Shown here: in pieces, positions 1 to 7,614 of the stretch
Layout: the number at the start of each line of letters is the position of its first letter
How positions within the stretch are numbered: position 1 is the stretch's first letter
Virus record (IMG/VR): IMGVR_UViG_3300030330_005348
Span: 1-33,577 of that record
Length of the DNA: 33,577 bases
Source of the DNA: a virus
Taxonomy: Duplodnaviria; Caudoviricetes
Direction: 5' to 3' (one strand)
Notes under the pieces: model-generated
Database searches by the model: none
What the model was told of the DNA's origin: nothing
Seen by the model: the letters and a program-made list of their open reading frames with translations, nothing else
Program-made: the position numbers and the translations under genes

Positions 1-51
1 TCCTTGAGCAGCAGCAAGTTTTTGTTTCATTTTATCAAGATTGATACCCAT
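1..51 (-). CDS. 5' end of a gene running off the window (MGINLDKMKQKLAAAQG...), possibly a gp32-like ssDNA-binding protein
   Basis: ATG at 51 is preceded by SD GAAGGAG and a sigma70-like promoter, and the frame is open to the window edge. The product is a guess from the recalled N-terminus of phage SSBs and the position after pol/tubulin genes. Confidence 0.45.
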   Translation of the reverse strand, partial: MGINLDKMKQKLAAAQG

Positions 52-79
52 TATTTCTCCTTCTAAAAGTTATACACAC

Positions 80-108
80 ACTATAGGTTATCTGAAAACA
101 AAAGTCAA
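80..108 (-). promoter_or_regulatory. sigma70-type promoter TTGACT-N17-TATAGT
   Basis: Minus strand has -35 TTGACT (108-103), a spacer of exactly 17 nt and -10 TATAGT (85-80), with an A-rich tract upstream and the SD/ATG at 51 downstream. Confidence 0.75.
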
Positions 109-944
109 GAACTTTTTTTATTTTGTATTTCTGATGTACTTGAAATGAAATAAGCGTATTTGTCTGAGTATTGTGTAGAGAACACTCCATAAGATACTTT
201 TGTATCTTTTTCTTGTGGTGTATCTTTTACCTGTGACATAATCTTATTCATCAAAGTCTTATCAGTTTTTAGTTCCGTTTCAGGAATGGCATAATAATAG
301 CGCTTTTCTTTTACATTGTCAAGAGAAAAAAATGGACTCTCCTCACCTGTTTCTGGATTTAATATACCAAAAGTTGAGATTCGGCAAGTGTTTTTAGGGT
401 TAGATAAAGTCCCCACCACTGGATCTGTGTGGTTGAATACGTTTGTCATGTGGATGGTTGCGACGATTACCTCGTTTAAGCTATCGTAATAGCCCATAAT
501 TGGCGCTCCGCCTAAGATTTTATCTATCTGCTGGTTATCAATAGCGTAAAACTGCTTAAAAAGACCAGATCTAGCATAGTTCTGAAGTGTTCCAAAGACC
601 AAATTTGTCTGTAATCTTCTTGTTTCCGACAATGTTGCCACGTCAGGATGTATATATAGGATGTTTATGTTGCCCTTATTTTTTATTTGCTCAAGTATAC
701 GCAGGGTGGCTCCAGAGATAATGCTTGCTCCCGAAACAATGAACAAGATTTCTCCGTCAACGTCACTTAAGTGGGAAGTGATGTCCGGAAAGTGCTCCTC
801 ATAGTCTTCGGGGTGGTCATGCCTCGGCACACATATTGTGGCTGCGTCGTCGTGATCAATTGTTATTGTTTTGTATTGGGGGTGTTTTGAAAAAGCCTTA
901 ACTATTTTATATCCAACACCACCTAGTCCAATTAATAAATCCAT
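105..944 (-). CDS. divergent tubulin/FtsZ-family (PhuZ/TubZ-like) protein, 279 aa
   Basis: N-terminal LLIGLGGVGYKI resembles the T1 loop. It also has TITIDH, a degenerate T4 loop VSGASIISGAT at the expected position, YIHPD, and AIDNQ...LNEVI, matching the FtsZ IxN...N pattern. Confidence 0.6.
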   Translation of the reverse strand: MDLLIGLGGVGYKIVKAFSKHPQYKTITIDHDDAATICVPRHDHPEDYEEHFPDITSHLSDVDGEILFIVSGASIISGATLRILEQIKNKGNINILYIHPDVATLSETRRLQTNLVFGTLQNYARSGLFKQFYAIDNQQIDKILGGAPIMGYYDSLNEVIVATIHMTNVFNHTDPVVGTLSNPKNTCRISTFGILNPETGEESPFFSLDNVKEKRYYYAIPETELKTDKTLMNKIMSQVKDTPQEKDTKVSYGVFSTQYSDKYAYFISSTSEIQNKKSS

Positions 945-2119
945 AAATCTTTCATCTCTCCAAAATTTCTGCCACCAGCAACATTAGTTTTAAATTTGCC
1001 GAAGGGGGTATCCATAAATTCCAAATAAACATCGTTAATAAAAGTGCCATCTTCATTGGCGTAGTCTAGCACAATGCTATCGTGAATGATAAATGCTATT
1101 TTTGTTTTTTTGCCCTGAAGCATTTCGGATATTATTATTGCTTTGTCAAGGATTAAATCGCTGCAAGTGCTTTGAATTATGTAGTTCAGGGCATGATACT
1201 CATCAGAGGGTATGGTTCTATGGTACGTTGTCTCTATTTCAGTTCCGTTCCAGTACTCTTTCTTTACAGCATCTCGGTCATAAAGCTTAGAAAGGATTTC
1301 ATCTTGAGCGTTAGGATTGTAAAGCCAAGAAAAAATACGCTTTTTGGCTTCGTCTCGGGTTATATCGCCTCCAAACAATTCAAGGGCATTATATTCATGT
1401 AAATCTATGGGAGGCTGTTTTTCTCCGAGCAAGCCGAGAAGAACTCTCAACTCGGCTGCGTTGTAGTCTAGCTCAACAAACCATTCATTATTTGGCTTAA
1501 TAACCTTTCTGAATTTCTTATCCATTGTCAAAATTGGAAAAGAATTCTTTCGTGTTGTCAGTCTCCCCGTCTTAGTTCCAAAGGGGTTGTAATTTATATA
1601 AGGGTCTGTCCTAAGCATCTTCTTATAAAACTCTTTCGTGCGAGTATCAGATAGGTCATTGTTGAGTATCGATAGGTCTACATTCAATCTTTGATATTTA
1701 ATATCGGTGATTAATTTCGTAATCTGAACCATGTTATCATAGTTGGTGGGGCGCTGGTAATTGTCAAAAACGTGCTGAGTTATCTGGTCTTTTAGCATGC
1801 AGAACTCCTTGAGGAACCCTTCGGGCACGAGATCAAAAAAGCAATGGTCTTGCAGTGAGATCTTGGCTATAGCAAAAGATTTGTAAAATGCCTTAAGTTT
1901 TGACCAGATACGCTCGTAATCTTCTCTAAGTTCATCGGGGCAGGCTTCGCCCAAGGATTTTCCTTGACAAAGGATATTGGCGTATTCCACCTCAATATCC
2001 TTTAGGAAAGATGAATACTTCCATGTGCGTGTGATCTGTTGTGGTAGGTCTTTGTGGATCTCCCCGTTAGCATAAATGCCAACACACTTTTCTTTTTCGT
2101 CTAGGGCTTGGAATAACAA
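932..2119 (-). CDS. family A DNA polymerase (polymerase domain only, 395 aa, TTG start)
   Basis: Motifs GTKTGRLT, A (ELDYNAAELRVL), B (RDEAKKRIFSWLY), ALNYIIQSTCSD and C (IIHDSIVLD). No recognisable exonuclease motifs. Confidence 0.85.
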   Translation of the reverse strand: MLFQALDEKEKCVGIYANGEIHKDLPQQITRTWKYSSFLKDIEVEYANILCQGKSLGEACPDELREDYERIWSKLKAFYKSFAIAKISLQDHCFFDLVPEGFLKEFCMLKDQITQHVFDNYQRPTNYDNMVQITKLITDIKYQRLNVDLSILNNDLSDTRTKEFYKKMLRTDPYINYNPFGTKTGRLTTRKNSFPILTMDKKFRKVIKPNNEWFVELDYNAAELRVLLGLLGEKQPPIDLHEYNALELFGGDITRDEAKKRIFSWLYNPNAQDEILSKLYDRDAVKKEYWNGTEIETTYHRTIPSDEYHALNYIIQSTCSDLILDKAIIISEMLQGKKTKIAFIIHDSIVLDYANEDGTFINDVYLEFMDTPFGKFKTNVAGGRNFGEMKDLWIY

Positions 2120-2129
2120 TACTGACCTT

Positions 2130-3575
2130 CTAGTAAAATTGTTTTAAGTATCGTTCAATATAATCTATTGCGCGACCGCTGTCAACTAATTTATACAAAG
2201 TGTCTATCTTTTTTATATTTGCCATTATAGATTCTGGGGTTACATTGGCTTTTAGTTCATGTAACCTGACCACGAAATAAAGCTTTGTGAAAAAAAGCAT
2301 ACTAAAATCATCGGTAAAATCGCCGTTGCTTATTTCAACACGATCTATTGTTACCTTCCTGCTTCCGATATCACCACACGGTATAGCAAACGTAGTTTTG
2401 GGGAATTGCTCCGCATATCTATTGTAGAAAGTTAATAGTATGTTTTTTAAGCGAACGATATCCTCAAAGACTGTTCTGTGATAATATCTAAAAAAGAAAT
2501 TGTTTAAAGTTAATGGCTCTGGCAGCGGTTGTACTGGCAGGTTGTGTGCGTGTGGACCGATACCTGTCGGTACCCCGTTGGGATAAGTCCATGCTTGGGC
2601 TTCTTGCACTTGAAAGTTCACTATTTTATGTCTATGTTTTACACCGTTAGGACCTTTATGAATATTGGTTTGTCCGTTACCTCTTTCATTCACGATATAC
2701 TGATGTTTGTGAATTTTTGGGATGCCATCCGGCAAGAAGTTTTTATTTGAAGGTTTTGTCATTCCTTTTCTGGGTATAGACAAAAAGGCTATCATTCTGC
2801 TTTCCATGTAATGTTTCATTTTTGGAGAACTTAAATTAGCAACCAATCTAAAGGGCGCGTTTTTGTCTACCATAAAGCCATATTTCGAGGCGATCATCAA
2901 ATATGATTTGTAGTTTCTATTATTAAAGTAGGTGTCAAAAATTTTATGTACATCCGATTTATCATCTTTTGATATCTCCAAGCATAATCCTGAAGCCATG
3001 GGGCTTATTTCATTTGATAGAAGCATTCCTTGTATAGTCAAAGGAACGTCAGTTATAATATCCCTTATACATAAATTTAAAAACACTTCTACGAAATTCT
3101 CGGCATTTCTTATCTCTTTGTGCCTGTTTTGACTTTTTAGAAAAACTTCAACAAATGAGGTGTATATTGCTTCATCCATTAAATCTCTTATCTTTAACGG
3201 ATCGTCCCAAGCCTTGACAGCTTTAAGCGGCTTTTTTATTCTATCGCCATCATCAATTAGTTTTTGACCATTTTTGCCGTTCATGTATCTCTGCATTTGG
3301 TCAAAAGCGTCAGTAACAAAATCAAAAGCAAACAAGTTTGTGTTTGTCGATCCTTTAACTTGAGTAATGAAATCTGTTCTTGGATATACAATGTTTTTTT
3401 GTTCGTCCATAAGACCATACATTCTGTTTTCTTGCTTCCAAAAATCAATTGGCTCGGGGAACCCGAAGCCTTTAGGATAGAGCTTTTCATATTTTTCTCT
3501 TTCTTCAAATAAATACTTCGGGCTCATCCCATTTTTAATTAACACTTCTTGATTAAACTTTTTATATCTTCCCAT
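2130..3575 (-). CDS. hypothetical protein with a His-rich (3x HxH) segment, 481 aa
   Basis: Long ORF coupled to the upstream gene by a TAATG stop/start overlap at 3575. HKH, HRH and HAH lie at 2711-2544. Confidence 0.75.
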   Translation of the reverse strand: MGRYKKFNQEVLIKNGMSPKYLFEEREKYEKLYPKGFGFPEPIDFWKQENRMYGLMDEQKNIVYPRTDFITQVKGSTNTNLFAFDFVTDAFDQMQRYMNGKNGQKLIDDGDRIKKPLKAVKAWDDPLKIRDLMDEAIYTSFVEVFLKSQNRHKEIRNAENFVEVFLNLCIRDIITDVPLTIQGMLLSNEISPMASGLCLEISKDDKSDVHKIFDTYFNNRNYKSYLMIASKYGFMVDKNAPFRLVANLSSPKMKHYMESRMIAFLSIPRKGMTKPSNKNFLPDGIPKIHKHQYIVNERGNGQTNIHKGPNGVKHRHKIVNFQVQEAQAWTYPNGVPTGIGPHAHNLPVQPLPEPLTLNNFFFRYYHRTVFEDIVRLKNILLTFYNRYAEQFPKTTFAIPCGDIGSRKVTIDRVEISNGDFTDDFSMLFFTKLYFVVRLHELKANVTPESIMANIKKIDTLYKLVDSGRAIDYIERYLKQFY

Positions 3576-6457
3576 TATTCAGTGCCCTCCTGTATTTTCT
3601 CAGCTTTCTCTGCGCTAATGGGCATGTTGGAGGTTGGGGATATGTTTGTAATACCGTTGGACTGCCAATCGGCTGAGACACTGGTTGTCCAATTTCCGTT
3701 ATCTATTTCGTTTGAAACCTCTGTTACCAAATAGTATCCCCCTAGCCCCAATTCATTTAATACACCCCTTTCATCAGGCAAATAAGAAAAGCCACTGATA
3801 ACCGGCTCAATGTATATGTGTTTCCCCGGTGCCAACAAGTTATTGCCAATCATGGTCATCTCCACATTGAATATGTTCCACAATTCTATATTTTGATTCG
3901 AAGAGGCACCGGCAAGTTGACGCTCAACCATCATCTCTCTTTGACCTGCTTTTTTTACTTTAACAAATTTTATGTCTTTAATTAAATCAGTTCTGCCTCC
4001 AGTCGTAGAAGAAGCACTACTAGCATCACCAAAAGTAAAGTGATATATTCCCTTTTCCATATCAGACTCATATGTGCTAGTTAAGCCAGTTATATCATCT
4101 GTCTGAGCGCCATAGATAACCATATAAGTCCATATATCTTCAGCCCTAGCTTGCTTTAGAGTGTTGGCATCCAGCAACTTTCTAAATTCATCCATAACGT
4201 CTTTGTTAGATATATCGAACCGCCCCTGCAGGCTCTCAATTCCGACTGCTCCGAATTCATCTTCCAAGCCCTCGGAACCCAAGGTTGTCAAAACAGCATT
4301 CGATGTGTGAACGAAGTTGTTTTTTATCTTCGTGGGAGATGAAACAGGGATGCCACCATTTGGTTGATTCAAAGATGGTATTACTAGTTGCTTTACAATT
4401 CCATTAACAAAATCCAATAATGGTAGCTTGGTAACATTTTTATCAATAATTGTCTTGGCAAAAAATTGAGAAAAGTATTCTAAATTTATGGGAATGTTAG
4501 CGATGTTTATTGAATGTGTCCCGCCTGAGCTTTTTGATGGGGTTTCTAAATTATTGTACGGGTCGATTTCTTTAGTATAATTAATATTCCCGACCATTAA
4601 ACCTGTCTTATTCCTGACCAAAGTATCAAATACCGAATCGCCTATGGCAGTCTCTATTATATCTCCAAGGTACACATAGTAAATCACCTGCTTGCCTCTG
4701 GAAGCCTGCGAATCAACGTTGTCTGAGGTGTCTAATAACTCATTGAGACCCAGAGCAATTGCTAGATTTAAATCCACTTGATTTTTTCCCGTCAAGGAAG
4801 GATCCGTTGGGAGAGTTTTTGCTTGCTCTGAAATTTTCTTGTTAACCTTTTTAATGAGTTGAAAGTGAGAGTTAGATTTTTTAACTCCTTTACCCTCGCC
4901 CTGTTCTGCAAAGATGGCGTTCGATGCCCCAGAGGCGGCGAAAGTTTTTCTCTTTTGTACTTCCCTTTTTATCTCCTCTGGGGTTTTTCCGTCGAACTGT
5001 TCGGATATTAGCGCATCGAACTTGGGGGAATACAGCATAAGATCATCTTGGTCAACAATGAATTGATATACCCTGCCGTTGTTCATAATGCCGGTCATCA
5101 TTTGGGCATATTGGTTAATCTTGTTTTGGCGGGTCAATCTTGCTATGGCTGCGTCTCGGGCGTTCAGGAACCTTTGCTTCTGTTCTTCGAGGGTAAAATC
5201 GGACGAGGATTCCGCAATTGCGACTCCGGGGACGAGTCCGGTCTCATTGTTGATTGATGCCTCAATATTGGCTACTTCTTGCTGGGCTTCTTGAATGGCA
5301 TCTTCAATGGTCTTTTCCCCAATGCCAAACAACCCACCCTCTTCCACAATGACGCCTTCTCCGTACTGCTTTTGATGAGCCTCCATTACCGCTATTGATT
5401 CTTCAAGATGCTTTATAACCTCTTCTCTTTGTTGTATCTTTGCGTCTATCTCCTCAAGTCGTTCCATGGCTTGGCGTTCTTTGGAATCTATTTTCTTTTT
5501 AAGTTCTGCTTCACGAGCGCTACTATAGAGCGATTGCTCTGTTGTTGAAGAAAAAACATCATAAGTGAGTCTCTTGGTCAACTCCCTATCCATATAAGAG
5601 TGGTAATTTAAATCAAGAGTAATCATACCATTTTGAGTTATATTTAAGTCATAATCCTCCAGCTCCAACAAGAGAACAATTTTATTAAATTCTGCCCCTG
5701 CGGCGCTGGCTGCTCCGAAGAGGGCTGCCATCTCTGCGTCATCTGTAGCTGACCCTAACTGAGCGGCGCTTACCGGATGCCATCCTACCTCTAGCCTTAG
5801 AGAATACGAATGGTAAAGAGTGGGTTTCGCTGACACGCGACCACCCGTTCTTCTAATTAAATCAAGATAAGAAAAGTTTCCGGGCTTGCCCTCAGTGGTA
5901 ACTACTCTGTATGTTTTATTTAAGGCTTTAAAAGAATTAAAACCTAAACTCAAACTAGCCTGCACCATTCTGGATGCTCCGAATGCTGTCTGATCTTTTA
6001 GATCAAAACTAATACCACGGAAAAAAGCCTCGTTACTTCTATCTTGCCGATCCACAATCTTTTGAGTTCCATATAAAAATAAAGGAATTTCCACCTCATC
6101 AACAGCTTTGTTGTTCTCGTCTTTGTAAACCTTTATGATTCTTATCTCTGGGGCTCTAGAGGAGGCTAAGACAGGGTGTCCTCCGAATTCTATAAATGGG
6201 GCGATGGGGTTACCGCCATCACGACCAGCAGGGGCGTTTATGTTGGAAATTAATACGCTAGGTTCTGGGTGCAGTAGCTGTATGAACCCCTTGTAGCCCT
6301 CGGGCTGGAGCTGATCTGCGAGGGCATTGTGAAGGGGAAGAGAATTCATGAGAAGATTCTGAGCTAATTGCTGCATATCTGGTGCTTCGTCTCCAGAGGA
6401 AACGGCTATTCTAGCCCTTCGTATTGCGGCGTCTACACTGGTTCTTTTCTTGCTCAT
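3575..6457 (-). CDS. putative baseplate hub-type protein (gp27/late-control-D-like C-terminus), 960 aa
   Basis: Follows the LysM/gp53-like gene. C-terminal VEMTMIGNNLLAPGKHIYI...GLGGYYLVTEVSNEI...WTTSV resembles the hub beta-barrel end. There is an internal coiled-coil segment. Confidence 0.55.
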   Translation of the reverse strand: MSKKRTSVDAAIRRARIAVSSGDEAPDMQQLAQNLLMNSLPLHNALADQLQPEGYKGFIQLLHPEPSVLISNINAPAGRDGGNPIAPFIEFGGHPVLASSRAPEIRIIKVYKDENNKAVDEVEIPLFLYGTQKIVDRQDRSNEAFFRGISFDLKDQTAFGASRMVQASLSLGFNSFKALNKTYRVVTTEGKPGNFSYLDLIRRTGGRVSAKPTLYHSYSLRLEVGWHPVSAAQLGSATDDAEMAALFGAASAAGAEFNKIVLLLELEDYDLNITQNGMITLDLNYHSYMDRELTKRLTYDVFSSTTEQSLYSSAREAELKKKIDSKERQAMERLEEIDAKIQQREEVIKHLEESIAVMEAHQKQYGEGVIVEEGGLFGIGEKTIEDAIQEAQQEVANIEASINNETGLVPGVAIAESSSDFTLEEQKQRFLNARDAAIARLTRQNKINQYAQMMTGIMNNGRVYQFIVDQDDLMLYSPKFDALISEQFDGKTPEEIKREVQKRKTFAASGASNAIFAEQGEGKGVKKSNSHFQLIKKVNKKISEQAKTLPTDPSLTGKNQVDLNLAIALGLNELLDTSDNVDSQASRGKQVIYYVYLGDIIETAIGDSVFDTLVRNKTGLMVGNINYTKEIDPYNNLETPSKSSGGTHSINIANIPINLEYFSQFFAKTIIDKNVTKLPLLDFVNGIVKQLVIPSLNQPNGGIPVSSPTKIKNNFVHTSNAVLTTLGSEGLEDEFGAVGIESLQGRFDISNKDVMDEFRKLLDANTLKQARAEDIWTYMVIYGAQTDDITGLTSTYESDMEKGIYHFTFGDASSASSTTGGRTDLIKDIKFVKVKKAGQREMMVERQLAGASSNQNIELWNIFNVEMTMIGNNLLAPGKHIYIEPVISGFSYLPDERGVLNELGLGGYYLVTEVSNEIDNGNWTTSVSADWQSNGITNISPTSNMPISAEKAEKIQEGTE

Positions 6458-6464
6458 TTTTGTA

Positions 6465-6809
6465 TTACGTGTTTGGTTCCATAAATCTCAGAGTCATCTG
6501 TAGTGGTGTTGGTATGTATATCACATCACCATATTCTATATCAGACTCCGTTGGTTTTTTATTGAAAATAGCTATAACCCACCAATAAGTTGAATCTCCG
6601 TAATATTTATGAGCCAACTTATAGTAATGATCACCAGTTTTCCAGATGTGATTCCTTAACTGAAGCTTTTCAATCTGTGCCGGGGTTGGGTATTTAAGTG
6701 TGCCTGTCGTAAAATGCCTGATTTTTGTAACACCACGAGATTTAAAAATGTTTCTATAGCTACGAGATCGATTGGCTGTTGTAGCTCTGTTTTTGTATCT
6801 GCTTGCCAT
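6465..6809 (-). CDS. LysM-like baseplate protein (T4 gp53/tail protein X-like), 114 aa
   Basis: HIWKTGDHYYKLAHKYYGDSTYWWVIAIFN...IEYGDVIYIP is a typical LysM/gp53 pattern, and the position after the tape measure fits. Confidence 0.8.
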   Translation of the reverse strand: MASRYKNRATTANRSRSYRNIFKSRGVTKIRHFTTGTLKYPTPAQIEKLQLRNHIWKTGDHYYKLAHKYYGDSTYWWVIAIFNKKPTESDIEYGDVIYIPTPLQMTLRFMEPNT

Positions 6810-6830
6810 ATCTTATTAGCCTCCGACGTT

Positions 6831-7601
6831 TTAATTATTTTGCTTTTTCAGGATGTTTTCTGCCTGCGAATCGTTTATTTCAGGAGTTCCGGTGCCGGTT
6901 TCTTGCTCCTCCAGAGTATTATCTAGTTGGCTAGCCTCATTAGCAGCGGAATTCTGACTAACTGAATAAGGGAAGGCGGAGAAGGCACCCGGAGTTCCTC
7001 CATCGGCGTCAAACCCAAGACGCTGTGTGTGATAGGGGACGAAATTAAAGTTTATCGTCAAGTACTTTGGGAATAAATATAATTGACCAGTTTCTTCTCC
7101 ACCTGTTCTAACATCCTCATAAACACCGTCTTTTAAATCAAAAGTGTGATTTAAGTTAGTTATGTATCCCAAAAGAGGACCACCCGATGTGTTGTCTTGT
7201 ATTAAATTTAATAACTTAACAGTCAAAAGGGGTCTGTCTTTTACTACGCCGCCTTCATACGTAGGATATAAAAATTGAGCTAGTTTCCCCATATCAGCCA
7301 AATTTCTAACTGCTATCTTAGAGGACTCCGCGATCAATATCAATCGCACCGACATTGATCTTGTGGTGTTGGAGTAGTTTGCAATTTGGTCCATTCTTCC
7401 ATATGATTCTTCGGAAGACCAGTTCGCATTAAAGTTATCACTAAAATCATCAACAATGCCAGAGCTAAAAAAGATTGATTGCCCAACAGCAGGATATCCA
7501 ATACTAATTAATTTATCAGATACATAACCCCTAAAAGAATCTATCATCCCTGTTTTCTTGGGTAAGTCTTTATAAGTTCCTTGTTTTGTTTCAACACCCA
7601 T
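6831..7601 (-). CDS. putative tail-tube initiator / baseplate tube-fold protein, 256 aa
   Basis: FSDNFNANWSSEESYGRMDQIANYSNTTRSMSV...LYPTY...GYITNLNHTF...PKYLTINFNF fits a tube-like fold. It lies immediately downstream of the tape measure. Confidence 0.6.
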   Translation of the reverse strand: MGVETKQGTYKDLPKKTGMIDSFRGYVSDKLISIGYPAVGQSIFFSSGIVDDFSDNFNANWSSEESYGRMDQIANYSNTTRSMSVRLILIAESSKIAVRNLADMGKLAQFLYPTYEGGVVKDRPLLTVKLLNLIQDNTSGGPLLGYITNLNHTFDLKDGVYEDVRTGGEETGQLYLFPKYLTINFNFVPYHTQRLGFDADGGTPGAFSAFPYSVSQNSAANEASQLDNTLEEQETGTGTPEINDSQAENILKKQNN

Positions 7602-7614
7602 AGTTTGGTTTTCC

